64,000 bases of DNA from Octopus vulgaris (GCA_951406725.2 OX597839.1:12152001-12216000), one strand, 5' to 3'; counted from the stretch's first letter, positions 1-14,481 are shown. Translations and numbers: made by a program. The notes: a model not told the origin generated them from the letters alone.

Positions 1-143
1 AATATTTGATATATGATCTAAGTTATATGATGTATAAAAACATGTTATATACAAATAAATATCTGTAAATATAAAACCATCCGAATTTCTGAGTACCTCA
101 TTTCTTTTAATATATAATACCTGTACATCATCTCCAACCTTCG

Positions 144-1084
144 AGACCCATAATAGCAGGTCCCGCATGCGAAACCCACCGCCTCAGTAACTTTTTAGAC
201 ACCCTGTTAAAACCACTCCTCAAACATGTCAAAAGCTATATAAGGGACGACTTGGATATGCTCAATCACCTTCCGAATACTATAAACAAAAACACCATAC
301 TGGTATCCTTCGATGTAGTCAACCTCTACTCCAATATCCCCCACAACCTAGGACTAGAGGCAATCCAATTCTGGCAAGAGAATCACGCCAACGAACTCCC
401 ACATCGCATCAAAAAAGAATTCGTGACAGAAGGGGTTAAATTCATCCTGGAAAATAACTTCTTCGCCTTCAAAGACAACTTCTACCGACAAAAATCGGGG
501 ACTGCGATGGGTACACGAATGGCCCCCTCCTTTGCCAACCTAGTCATAGGATATCTAGAGATCAGTCTGTATCGTAAGGTTCTAGAAAGATATGGCAGCC
601 CTTTCTCCATCTACATAGAAAACAACTGGAAGAGATATCTAGATGACTGTTTCATTCTTTGGCATGAAAATATAGAGAAACTCAAAGAACTCCAAGAAAT
701 TTTAAACGGACTGAACGTAAACATCCAATTCACGATGGAATATAGCCAGCAACAACTCCCCTTCCTCGATATCCTCATTAAGAAAACTAATAATGTAATA
801 GAAACAGACATATATTATAAGCCTACAGATTCTAAGCAATATCTTCCATTCAATTCATGCCACCCCAGACACACCAGGATGAATATCCCCTTCAATCTAG
901 CAAAAAGGATATGCACTATAGTTTCTAATGCAAACACCAGAGACACACGACTACAAGAACTAAAAGATACCCTTATCACCAGGAACTACCCACCTTCACT
1001 TATTGACATGTGCATTCAACGTGCCCTTCAACTTAACATCCAGGAACTGAGACATCCCAAATCAAAGAAAACTTACGACCAAAA
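144..1084 (+). pseudogene. PLE reverse transcriptase domain (5'-truncated)
   Basis: Same frame as ORF 252..1163, extending upstream as RPIIAGPACETHRLSNFLDTLLKPLL; catalytic YLDD intact; frameshift between 1037 and 1084. Confidence 0.93.
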
Positions 1085-1705
1085 GCCTTACCATACATCT
1101 CCACACACAACCCTCTCAACAATGAAGCCTTCGGCACCATCCTCCACAACATACCCCTCCTAAAAAAAGACCACAGAATGAACACAATCCTCCAAACACA
1201 CACGATCATAAAAAGCAAGAGACAGCCTAAATCTATGAAAAGTCTCCTAACACAAGCCCGAATACACTCTTCAACACAGAAGCCGACAGTAAAAAAATGT
1301 GGAAGACCCAATTGCGGGATATGCGATTATCTAATTGAGGGATCAGAGTTCTCCTTCAAACAGGGACAACGGTTTACAGTGAAAAGCAACTTCACATGTG
1401 CTTCGGAGAACCTGATATACACACTAACCTGCTCTGGGTGTCAAGAGCAGTACATAGGCCAAACAAAAAATAGTTTGCGTAAAAGAATGGCCCTGCACAG
1501 ATCCCAGATAAAAATTCCCCAAAACAGAAAAATAGCTTTCAGCCAACACATAGATACTTGCGCTAACAACAAAACACCAGGCTTCAGGATTTTCCCCCTC
1601 TACCAATTTAGGGACGATACAACCTCGAGACAACGAATAAGTAAAGAAACTCTCTTTATTACAAAATACAGGCCACTTCTTAACGGGTCTACGACAAACG
1701 ATTAA
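1082..1705 (+). pseudogene. PLE linker and GIY-YIG endonuclease
   Basis: Frame of ORF 1178..1705 extends upstream as KALPYISTHNP; CGRPNCGIC; NLIYTLTCSGCQEQYIGQT, R..H, E..I..Y.P.LN. Confidence 0.92.
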
Positions 1706-2367
1706 TACACCTCAGCTTTAGAATAACAGAAATACACACGCAAATATTACATTCCAAAGAATCCATTACAAATCCCAGTCACAGCTATAATCCATAACGT
1801 GCCAACTTCAAGTCATACAACACCTCACTACTTTCACCCATTCATATTCTCCCTTCTCTTTTTTCTTCTTCTTCTTCATCATCATTATCATCATCATCGT
1901 CGTCATCATCATCACCATCATCATCATCTTCTTCTTCTCCTTCTTCTTCTTCTTCTCCTTCTTCTTCTTCTTCATCATCATCAACATCGTCATCTTCTTC
2001 TTCTTCTTCTTCTGCTCCATCTTCTACCTCTTAACTTTATCACTAATGCTTTTTAGTATAACAGCTACGCAAATTCCATAAACAAACCTTTCAATAGAAA
2101 TATTCTCCTGAATTGAACTGCAACTGCTAGCCGTCACTGACCATTCAAAATACGACCATCAAGGCACTCCCAAATTTTTCCACCCCCTCTCCTCATCAAC
2201 CTTCTTCTTCTTCTACCCTACCAAGAATTCACAACGACCTCGAACACACAAGTGCAAACAAGGGAGACAGAGAAAGGCAGAATGCCACTTATATTTGAAC
2301 ACTATACAAATATTACTTTAAAAAAACTTTTCTTTTAATTTTTCTAAATTTAATTATTTAATCGTTA

Positions 2368-2405
2368 CAGTTGAAAAGGTCTCAAAATGACCGAAACCGG
2401 TACTG
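2368..2405 (+). ncRNA. Minimal hammerhead-like ribozyme, U3-A8 core
   Basis: cag TTGAAAA ggtc-tcaaaat-gacc GAAA ccgg TA ctg. Confidence 0.7.
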
Positions 2406-2453
2406 AAATGTTCTTTATAAAATTATTTTAGCATTTTCTATCTTGACTTGTTT

Positions 2454-2495
<42 letters not shown>

Positions 2496-2701
2496 CTACA
2501 AAATTAGAAAATGGAGAAACATACTTATAATCAATGAATTTTCAACCCCTATCTCATTTTATAACCTATATATATATATATATATTTATATATTTATATA
2601 TATATTTATATCTATATGTGTATGATTTTTCTTGTTCCTTTTTTTTCTTTCCTCCTTATGCTTACATTATTAATTAGCTCTTCCAAAAATTTTCTTCCTT
2701 G

Positions 2702-2745
2702 GTTCTCGATGAACCATAGGCGAAACAGGTTATATTTTGTCGGAC
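2702..2745 (+). ncRNA. Degenerate hammerhead-like motif in a short repeat
   Basis: gttc TCGATGA acc-ata-ggc GAAA ca..tg TC ggac. Confidence 0.45.
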
Positions 2746-2844
2746 TAAAGATATTTTTATTCACTCTCAAACTTATCTTTCTGTAATTTCTTCTAAGTGG
2801 CCAGACATAGGTACATTTTGAACTTGTTACACCACGACAAAATA

Positions 2845-2869
2845 TCTATCAATCAATGTATCTGTCTAT

Positions 2870-2927
<58 letters not shown>

Positions 2928-3030
2928 GTCTGTCTGTCTGTCTGTCTATCTACCTATCTATCTATCTCTATCCATCTATCTATCTATCTGTCTCTATCTA
3001 TCTATCTGTCTCTCTCTCTCTATCTATCTA

Positions 3031-3066
<36 letters not shown>

Positions 3067-3076
3067 TCTATCTATA

Positions 3077-3107
<31 letters not shown>

Positions 3108-3205
3108 TTATCTACCTATCTATCTATCTGCCTATCTGTTTATCCATCTATCAGTCTATCTACCTGTCTGTTTGCTTGTCTGTCTGTCCGTTTGTTTGTC
3201 TGTCT
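2845..3205. repeat. (ATCT)n/(GTCT)n compound microsatellite
   Basis: Seen directly. Confidence 0.95.
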
Positions 3206-3274
3206 GAGTCCACAAACAGCTGAATGTATAGTGCGTGTATGTGTGAGTATATGTGTATGAAATTATGTATGTAT

Positions 3275-4235
3275 TGTTATGGTTTGGCTAGTGCAGTATT
3301 TCTTGACCCACTTTGTGGGAGTGGCGCCTGCAGATCTGGAGTCAAAAACGAAAGGCCTTTGTTTACTGGAAGAGTAATGGCTTTTGGAGGGACCTTTGGC
3401 CTTGTGCGGTCGATTGGAGGTCGTTCTAGACACCCCTTGAAGAAGAGGAAGAGGAAAGTAGTGAGAAAGATAGAGTAAGGAATCTGAGAGCAGATAGAGA
3501 GGATGACGGCAGCAGCGCCGATAAAGATAGGGACATAGGACCAGGCGGGATAGAGAGAGAGAGTATAAGGCTAAGAGACAGATTGAGGGTAGTGATAAAG
3601 ACAGTTGGTATTCGGTCGTCAAGGCGAGCAGTTGGAATTTTAGGAGTCGGATTTTGGAAGTCAGGGCAAGCGGTTGGGATTCAGGAGCTTGGCAAGTTGG
3701 AGTTAGCAGTACTGAGAGAGATGAAGTGCAATATGGGACACTGGCTATTCTAATTAGGAATTAAGGTACGTGAATTGTGTGTTGATATGTGAAGAAAAAG
3801 AAGGAAAAAGAATTGGTGTATTGAACAGTGAAAAGAACTGAGACAGTGAAATGAACAATGTGAATTGAGTAGAGGACTTGTCGATGTGTCGATTATCGAG
3901 TTGTGGTATTTATGTTCAGAATTGTGTTGATACATGTTACAAAAGAAAATAGAAAAAGACTTTAAAGAACTGTGAACGTTATCTGTGATGTGTTTTGAAA
4001 TAGAACTGTGTCTTGGGACGTGTACCTTTGAAATGCTGATATATTGTAACAATTGATTGTCATAAACTAGTTGTTAAATGTAAGCCAGTTGTGCCTTGCC
4101 TCTTTGTGTCTCTCTCGGTTGCCTCTGTATCTCTCTGTGCTGCTGCTGCTGTTGTTGTGTCTCTCCTCTCCTCTCCGACGGGTTCCGTGGCGAACTTGCC
4201 CGTTCGGGCGAGCGACGACGGGTGATTCCGTAACA
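3275..4235 (+). mobile_element. Solo LTR (Gypsy-like), 961 bp
   Basis: Termini TGTTATGG...CCGTAACA (7/8 inverted); GTAT on both sides (4-bp TSD); TATAAG near 3564 with CAGTT about 37 nt downstream; strand tentative. Confidence 0.7.
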
Positions 4236-4482
4236 GTATGTATGTAATATCTATATTGGCGTATACGTAGCAGTCTGATGAAGGAACTTTTGTGCGTGTG
4301 TCTGTATGTATGTATGTGTGTGTGCGTACGTGTGTGAGTGTATGTGTCTGTGTTTATGCATGTGTGAAGTGTGTATACTTTCTAATGCAGGTAGTATATT
4401 CATTTATATATATATCTTTATAAACATAGAAACACACACATACACACACACACAAAATACACACACGCACATATATAAGTGG

Positions 4483-5470
4483 CTATATAAAAGATGAGCA
4501 TTATTTGTAATTCAATGGTACAGTACTGTAATAGTTTGCTTTGGTATACACTTACATTGTGATTTCTGCAATGTGGTGCATAAATTGTCAAGGAAATGAG
4601 AGGCATCTTTGCCTCCACTGATTCAGTTGCAAAGTGTTGAGTAAAGTTATTTGATTGCAGATCTCCTTTGAGTCTTTTTATTATCACTGGGTCACACATA
4701 GTCCCCAGATGGTAACATTGATGTCAAGGCCTTCCCAGATGAGTGACTGGTTATTAAAAGACATTTATAGATTGTAAATTTATTCTGTCCAGTTACGTAT
4801 CAGTATAGTGGTCATTTGTAAACTCCAGAGGTGAAACTTTCATTTCTCCTTAGCCCTCACGTCACACAGTTGTTAATGTTTATTTCAGTTGGGTCACGCC
4901 CTTCCGATTGCTATAGATTCGTAATGCATCTTACGGCTGAGCCTGGCACCTGGATGGTGAGGAATCCTACATTGGGATTAGTAATGACTAGGGTAGGGTA
5001 GCTGACTGGTTATTGTGATCATTCGTCTTTTGGTTTCCTGTAGCTTTGCTCTGTTTTACAAACCCAGTGAACATATATTTCCTATTTCAAAGAAATTCAA
5101 ACAGTAGATATAAGACCCAAATTAAAAAGATTCTCAACAATTCAACTTCTCTGGTTGACATTAAGACACCCACCCCCCAACAGGGGCCTTAACTCTCACA
5201 TTTTAGAGCTCTATGACCTTCATTTTTCAGGAGCAAAATCCTTTTAACAGGTTCAATAAGACTGGAATTTTGGAATATGCGCATAAAAATTAATAGTATG
5301 GGATACATGTGGCACAATTACAATTTCTTTAGGGTGTGTAAAGAGAAAAATAACCCTCATCTGCAATTTTGATGAAATTCGAAACAGATATTCCAGTTCA
5401 TTACAGAAAATATAACAGAAAAGTCTAATTCTTCAATTGCATGTAACACGGGCAACGCCGGGTATCTCTG

Positions 5471-5474
<4 letters not shown>
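4483..5474 (+). mobile_element. Non-autonomous Helitron-like element (3' end clear, 5' end tentative)
   Basis: 3' cgggcaacgccgggtatctctgcta matches the ends at 29291-29318 and 40899-40926; candidate 5' ctatataaaagatgag. Confidence 0.55.
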
Positions 5475-5562
<88 letters not shown>

Positions 5563-5993
5563 CATACACTTATATATACGTAAGTACAGACATACATGAA
5601 TACATGATATGTATATATTCCGTTGTGAATACATATGACTAAGCATACGCGCACATACGTACCCAGATACATGCAGCATTTATTCGTGTATGTGTGAGAG
5701 AGAGAGTGTATGTGTGTATATTTATATATATTAATGCCCGCGAGTGTATAATTTCATGACAGTTGCATTTCCTATTTAATATGTCAGAATATATCAGGGC
5801 CTGCATATACAACGACGACATACACACCCACCCTACCACCCACATATACACCCAACCACAAACACGTAATGTACGTAGTGTACTAAGGGCATCCTCATGT
5901 CAATATCTACTGGTATGGTTGAGTGCATACTCTCGTATAACCCCTGTATTCCGAATGTGAATTAATATGTTTGATAGATATCTGTAATACATT

Positions 5994-6231
<238 letters not shown>

Positions 6232-6526
6232 TATTAGATTCATATAAGATATGTATGTATATTATAATTTATATACATACGACCCCTCACACACCTACAG
6301 TTGTACTCCATTTTCTGCGGTCTCGATATTTTGTATCACGTTTCAGGTCTTTTCCTCAAATACCAAATGCATCTCAAAGAGTTTCGTTATGTTTACGGAT
6401 AGGCATATCAATATGCATTTATATGAAACAGATGTTTGTACAGGTTCGTTTGCACGCCTACATAGATTCGTGTATATTATACATACATGTATATAGACAT
6501 ATATAAATACATATATTACAAGTGCA

Positions 6527-6529
<3 letters not shown>

Positions 6530-6592
<63 letters not shown>

Positions 6593-6673
6593 ATATCTGT
6601 CTGTCTATCTATTATCTATCTATATATATATATCTATCTATATATCTGTCTGTCTATCTATATGTCTGTCTGT

Positions 6674-6721
<48 letters not shown>

Positions 6722-6733
6722 ATGTCTGTCTGT

Positions 6734-6796
<63 letters not shown>

Positions 6797-6893
6797 CCTG
6801 TCTGTCTATCTATATGTCTGTCTGTTTATCTATCTATCTATCAACCTACCTACCCACCTATCTATTTATCTGTCTGTATATCTATCTGTATAC

Positions 6894-6929
<36 letters not shown>

Positions 6930-6932
6930 TTG

Positions 6933-6965
<33 letters not shown>

Positions 6966-7083
6966 ATGCCTGTCTGTTTATCTATCTATCTACCTATCTG
7001 TTTATCTGTCTATCTATCTGTTTATCTATCTACATACCTATCTATCTATCTTTATATATACATATTTCTCTATTTCTCTATCC

Positions 7084-7128
<45 letters not shown>
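6530..7128. repeat. (ATCT)n compound microsatellite then (TG)n
   Basis: Seen directly. Confidence 0.95.
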
Positions 7129-7375
7129 AACATACACACGTATGTATGTCTGTCTGTGTGTGTGTGTGCTTTTATGTATGTGTGTACGTGTCTTCGAGGT
7201 GTGTGTCGTCGTGTCGCCATACATATATTATTAAGAGATAGAAATTTTTTTTTGCATACATTTAAGTATCACTTGATAATATCGATAACCGCGTATATAT
7301 ACACGTGTATGAACACGTACGTACGATAGAGCGAGAGAAGTAATACATTGCCATATTGTGTATATACATGTGTAG

Positions 7376-7425
<50 letters not shown>

Positions 7426-7791
7426 GCACACACATATATATATATACACACATATATGTATATATATATGAATGTATGTATGTATGTATGTATGTATGTA
7501 TGTATGTGTGGAAACACGCACGCGTGCTCAAACACAGATAAGGTTTTACTGGTGTGCCTATACGCATGCGTGTCATGCGCTATGTATGTGTATGTTAATA
7601 TTTACACATTTGCTTCGTTGGTGAGATGAATGCAAGACAATATGGCGCTGCCTGGTGAAATTGCAACAACGAAACGAGGTTAAAATATTAGGTTTTTATG
7701 AGAACGAAATAGAAAAAAACGGTAGAATGTAACAGATGAAAAAAATACACGTATTATTGTTAAAAAATGATATAAAAGCTATATGTCTGCA

Positions 7792-7831
<40 letters not shown>

Positions 7832-7933
7832 TTAAAAATAATAACAACAACCATATTCTTTTCTTTTATTGCCACAAGGGCGATGGATGAGGGGACATTA
7901 CACGTTCCAAATAATAATGATAATATCAATATC

Positions 7934-7971
<38 letters not shown>

Positions 7972-8491
7972 CAACAACAACAACAACAAAAGTGAAGGAT
8001 AGCTACAGGCGTTCCAATAAAGGTAAATAAACCATAAAAAAAGCAATTCACTTAAGCATGAAACAGAACGAAAAATGGCTGTTTGTGTAAGTGCAAGCGT
8101 GTGTGTGTGTATGCATATACATCTATGTATAGATGTGTGTATATGTATGTGTACATACACACATACATACATACATACATACATACTTACATATATACAT
8201 ACATACATACGTACACACGTATATTTGCACATATATATTCATTAATGTATATATACGTACATATGTCATATACCTATATACATATGTATATATATGCACA
8301 TATATATATATATACAAATATGCACACACGTATATAACCATATATGTATGTATGTATATATCTAAAACTTTTTAGTATTTGCCATATATATAATACACGC
8401 ACGCACATGAGCATATAGACTTACATGTTATATATACGAATATATAAATTAATATGTAATTGTATATATGTATATACATAAGTATATACTA

Positions 8492-8552
<61 letters not shown>

Positions 8553-8804
8553 TATGAGTGTGTGTGTGCGTGTGTGTATGTTTTTGTACGCAATGCATAT
8601 ATAGACATATAATATATGTGTATGTGCATTTGTAATCATATACACATACATACTTATACATGCAGAGATACATGTCTATTGATATGCACGTATATATTTG
8701 TATATACATCACCAGCAAAGGCCAATGAATTATTGTTATTTCTATATTTGGCTATTGAATTAGGAAAACCATAAGTTTTTATTCGTATACATATATACAC
8801 AGAC

Positions 8805-8890
<86 letters not shown>

Positions 8891-9884
8891 GCATGTATGT
8901 ATGCATTTATGTAAGTATGTATGTATAAATATACATACATATATATATATATATGTGTGCGTTTTGAGTGCTACTAGGTCGAACATTTGATAGCTATATC
9001 GAATATTGATTCCTGTCCTCCACATTTGGTGTCCAACAGAGAATATATGGTTTACTCTAATCATTGAAGAGGCCTTGAGAGAGACCCTCGACTTTCTAGA
9101 AAAAGCAGCCATGCTACCTTCAAATAGCACCCTGTCGTTTCCAATATAGAATGTATGTTTTAGTAAAATGCTGTCTAGGCTACCCATACAAAGATGTTGG
9201 GATCACGTTTGGAGTGTAGTTTACTGTGAGGAACTCATTGCTTTATTTCACTACTCTGTGGGTGTGTGTAGGGGTGAGTGAGAGGGAGAGAGACAGAGAC
9301 AGAAAGAGAAGGAGATAGAAATAGAGAGCGCGAGAGGGAGAGTGGGGTTTGGAAAGAGAGATGTGGGGGGGCCACGTTTGAAATGTTTTCTGCAAGGAAC
9401 TCTTTGCATGTCTTCACGACTCCGTGAGTGTGTTAAGGGTTGAAAAAGAGAGACAGACAGCCAGACAGGCAGAGGAGGAGAGACCGAACGGGAAAGGGAG
9501 AACGTGAAGCATACTGAACTCATTAGAAATAGCAGCTAAAAAACTTTTTTAAAGCTATTTCTAATACTTAAAGAAAATCTCTCTCATATAGTGCTTGCTT
9601 AATTCAACTCACAAGGTTATGAACCACGGACATCTCTTCCAGACGGAAACAATATAAAAATCAATGAAACAAAATTGTTGGAGGATTAGCATTCAGGGCG
9701 CAAAGGATTTTGAATTCTTCCAAGTTCATTTCTAAACCCTAACTTCCACTAAAAAAAAAAAAAGGAACAGAAAAAGAGCTGGTGGCACAATTTTTGTCCA
9801 TTTTTAATTTTCCTTTCGCTGCCTTCACTGCCCTCCTCCTCCTCCTCTTCCTCCTACTACTACTTATAATAAACCTTTCTACTC

Positions 9885-10065
9885 ACCACCTCTTGGCAAC
9901 CGACGTTGATTTATTTACTTTCTCGTAACCTAGCGGTTCGGCAAAATTAAACGAGAGAACAAGTACCAGACTTAAGAAAAAATAAGTACTGGTTCGGCTT
10001 GGTCGATTAAACACCAAAAGCGGTGCTCCAGCACGGCCGCAGTCCAGTGACGGAATGAAGGCAGA
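9885..10065 (+). mobile_element. SINE family B, 3' half
   Basis: tagcggttcggcaaaa..aagtaccag..gcggtgctccagcacggccgcagtc shared with 42457-42835. Confidence 0.85.
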
Positions 10066-10676
10066 GATAAATCGTAAAGTTAACAGCATGGAATGCTAGG
10101 GCCGGATCGCTTCAGTATACAGTGTTATCTGCTCGCTGATCACTTTTAGTTGTCTTTAAACAGAAATGCTCTGCATCTAGTGTTTCTATGTTTCCCCTAA
10201 GAAAGCTTCCTTAGAAATAAAAATTCTTCACAGAGCAATATAAATGGAACAGACTAAACCATTTGATAATATAGAACAAAACGAATGGAACATGTAAATA
10301 CATTCATAACAGATTTAAATATCGAAATCCTTTCCGTTACTGAAGATTGCACGACGCTAAATAAAACCGATAGAAACGAGGCATAAACATTGATATTTGA
10401 TATTAATAGTCGTATTTCCACATATGTTTTGCATTTATATTCTTACACGTATATCACATTAGCTTTTATACATATGCACAGAATGTATACATACACAAAC
10501 ATGTATGTATGTATGGATGGATGTATGTATAAGTGTGATCTGAGGTATTGCTGTGGATTTATATATGCACAAACACGCGCATTTACAGTGCACACGTGAG
10601 TATACACACACACACACACGTGTGTGTTTGTATTTTAGTATGCATATATTTATATATACATATATGTATACATATC

Positions 10677-10751
<75 letters not shown>

Positions 10752-11212
10752 GTATATATGCATACATACACGACGACCTAAACATGTGTGTTTGTCTATT
10801 TACATGTACATTTGGACGCGTGTATGTACGTATATACACCTACACGTTTATGCATAAAATGAGAGAGAAAAGTGTGAGGAGGAGTTAGAGGTACAGAGAC
10901 AAAGTATACCTACTTTCATTATTAATTTTAATACATATCTCTTAATCATGTTTCTTTACTCCAAGAATGTTATTTCGTAAACAGCTTAAATATTAATACC
11001 TTATTGTCATCCCTCTGTGTTCTCTGTTTATTCGCTGGAACATTCGAGAGAAGAAGAAAAACCAAAAATTACGAAGATTTCGAAGAGTTCGGGGATTTGA
11101 GTGCATAGTTTCGTAATGGAGGTTCATACTGCGATTATAGAAAAGTTGCATCTCTTTCTGGTTACCATAGTGATCTCCTGAGATGGTGGTTGGTGTGTTG
11201 GAGGAGAAGGGA

Positions 11213-11213
<1 letters not shown>

Positions 11214-11294
<81 letters not shown>
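11214..11294. repeat. (GT)n microsatellite
   Basis: Seen directly. Confidence 0.97.
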
Positions 11295-11296
<2 letters not shown>

Positions 11297-11423
11297 TGTT
11301 AGTTCAACCCTTCACCAGTTCAAACTTCGTATGTTCTAAAATTGTTGGATCAGTGTGACTAGCTCGATAGAAAACCGTTAGTGAGTAGCTATATATATTT
11401 CAGCAGAGATATGTGTGTATAGT

Positions 11424-11478
11424 CTTTTAGTCTTTTACTCGTTTCAGTCATTTGACTGTGGCCATGCTGGAGCACCGC
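11424..11478 (-). mobile_element. SINE family B, 3' tip
   Basis: tttcagtcatttgactgtggccatgctggagcaccgc. Confidence 0.8.
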
Positions 11479-11622
11479 TTTTATTTGTATGTGTGTGTAT
11501 AGATGTGTGTTGTGGGTGTGTGTTTATGCATATAAATGTACATATACATATATAGCTCTTTTTGTATATATGTATAGGTATTTATATATGCGTATATAGG
11601 TATCTCTTTCTCACTCGCTCTC

Positions 11623-11677
<55 letters not shown>

Positions 11678-11787
11678 TAAATACTAATCGGACACAGATT
11701 GTATGTCGTTGGGCAGCTGGAGGAGATGTCTTACTGGGGTTAAAAACAACAGTAACACCATCCTCTATAGGACCGCCACATTTAGTT

Positions 11788-11941
<154 letters not shown>

Positions 11942-12453
11942 CATATATGCATATATATATACACACACATATATATGTAGATACATAGACAGATAGATAG
12001 AGAAAAGAGAGAGATTTACAGTAGATACATGCATAAGCACAAACACACACACACACATATATATGCATGCACACACACACGTGATCATGTACAATAACCA
12101 TAACATCCCCCGCCTACTCTCCCATATTTTTATCCTTTATCACTCCTGTTTTTCCTTTCCTTCTTCGTCTTCCTCTTAGTCTTTCAATCTCAGCCCACTC
12201 CTCCCACCTCACCCCGCCACACACTCACACACACCGAATGCTGTGAATGGAATTAAACAAGGAATTTTGTTCGATCTCTCTTCGTGGTCAACCTCTGTCT
12301 CGAGGCAAAGACAAAGTGAAAACGGGGGGAGGGGGGGATAGGTCGTGGACATAACGAAGGATCAGGAATTCCATAGTGTCTCGCATTAAATGTAAGCCTA
12401 GCATACCACAGCGCCACAACAGAAATAACTTCTTTGAGGCACACGCACGCACG

Positions 12454-12497
<44 letters not shown>

Positions 12498-12711
12498 TGC
12501 ACGCACACATTCATACACACACATCTGCATACACACATACGCGCGCTAGCAAGCATACATGAACATGCATACATAACCATATGTACTTACACGTATGTAA
12601 ATATATACAGTGTATATGTACATACATATATACATTCCTACTTATATATACACATTTTTTCTTATTTAACGGCATTTCATTATCTGTGTATACCATACCA
12701 TTTCGTTTATC

Positions 12712-12920
12712 TTTCACTTGTTTCAGTCACTGGACTGCGGCCACGCTGGGGCACTGCCTTGAGATTTTAGTCGAATGAATCAACCCCAGTACTTCTTTAT
12801 TTTTCAACCTGGTAATTATTCTATCGGATCTCGTTTGCCAAACCGCTAAGTTACGGGGATGCAATCACATCAACACCGGTTGTGAAGCAGTGATGGGGGA
12901 CAAACACGGACACAGAAACA
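12712..12920 (-). mobile_element. SINE family B, 3' half
   Basis: Reverse-complement match to the family B 3' region. Confidence 0.85.
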
Positions 12921-13121
12921 CACACACGTAGATGTACATGCATAAATATATGCATACACACATACATTTAAGTATATAAAACATGTATGTGTATGCGTAT
13001 ATATATATACATATATATATAAATGCATGCATACATATACACACACACACATATACATTATATACATATCTATCTGTCTATCTGCACACACAAACACACA
13101 TATACATATACACATATACAT

Positions 13122-13181
<60 letters not shown>

Positions 13182-13861
13182 AGGGACATGAGATAATCCA
13201 ATGAAACACAGCACCAAAATCAAAACAAGAAGAAAATTACCAGTTTTTCGGTAACATCTCTGACCATAGAGAAGAAGAAACCATGGTGTTCCTTACAGGT
13301 TTAAAATCTCACATAATGATGGTAACCTGCATGTTTCCCAGGAACACCAAAGCTTCAGTAAAGACCTTTTACAAAAAATGCAAGAATCAGGCGGCAATAA
13401 ATGCAGGTTATTCAAATCCGAAGACATTATATGTATTGTTAGCAACGCACGAAGAATATCCTTGAGATGATAAATACCATTATATAACTAGATGTTACCT
13501 TCTCATGCATACATACGAGCAGGCAGTCAGACTGACAAACGGGCAGAAAGCCGTACGTAGAGACATTTATTCGTGAACGCATGTCCATGGAGATATATAA
13601 ACACATACATTTTATAAGTATAATGTTTGCCTATGTCTGTCAGCTTGTCTATCTGTGTGTGTATGTGTGTGCATGCACGTATGTATGTATGTAGGTATGG
13701 AAGGATGCATGCTCGTAAATTGCGTGCATGTGTATACACACACAAACATACACACATATATATACACACTATACACATATGTACGTATGTATGTATGTAT
13801 GTATGTATGTATGTATGTATCTGTCTATATATATATATATACACACACATATTGGATTTGA

Positions 13862-13902
13862 TCTAGTTTCAGCTCATGAGCTGTGGCCATGCTGGGGCAC
13901 CG
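13862..13902 (-). mobile_element. SINE 3' tip (family B variant)
   Basis: tctagtttcagctcatgagctgtggccatgctggggcac; near-identical inverted copy at 22636-22675. Confidence 0.7.
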
Positions 13903-13999
13903 ATATTTAACAGACACATAAAATATACAAACATCCATGTACGCATGAATCTATCCAATAATATATGTGCATCTCTTCCTCTTTATATATATATACATA

Positions 14000-14086
<87 letters not shown>

Positions 14087-14481
14087 GAACATACAAGCAT
14101 ACATACAGACAGAGAGATAGACAGACTTACACCCATAACTCATATACAGGAGGCAAAGAAAATGGAAGATTTAAGCCGCCATTAAAGTGGTGACGACGTG
14201 GTGAGAGTTATCAGCAGTCACTTTCATATTTTCCTCGTTGTCGAAGTGTAGTATTCCCCAGGTAGAGAGCAGATCTCTCCAGCAGATAATCTGATGCTAA
14301 CATCTAATCATACAAATAATGCATATCTTTGGTAAATAATGGAAGCGTTGAAGTAAATCATCGTCTTGCAGTACAATGAATGCTATTTGCAGATATAAGG
14401 TGTATTTATGCATATGTTTGGATGTATGTGTGTAGCTGTGTTTGTATTAATATATGTATGTATTTATGTCGTATGTATGAT

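Larger units (their letters stand above)
144..2566 (+). mobile_element. 5'-truncated Penelope-like retroelement, Neptune-type (RT, Cys linker, GIY-YIG, 3' UTR/pLTR with hammerhead), ending in (TA)n
   Basis: RT motifs RPII, SFDVVNLYSNIPH, QKSGTAMG, RYLDD, LPFLD, YYKPT; CxxxxCxxC linker; LIY..YIG endonuclease; HHR fold at 2368-2405; 2222-2460 is repeated at 56264-56510. Confidence 0.93.

Noticed and set aside
4045-4235. 190-bp solo LTR
   Set aside because: Flanks are imperfect (ATAT/GTAT); 3275-4235 gives an exact TSD and better terminal match.
4275-4290. CTGATGAAGG hammerhead 5' half
   Set aside because: No matching stem II' and GAAA found before the microsatellite; left uncalled.
8960-9230. 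Coding-like segment in ORF 8654..9187
   Set aside because: No recognisable domain on either strand and no clear splice signals.
13283-13362. Hairpin ggtgttcct/aggaacacc with CTGAAG..GAAA on the minus strand
   Set aside because: The core lacks A9 and stems I-III cannot be assembled.
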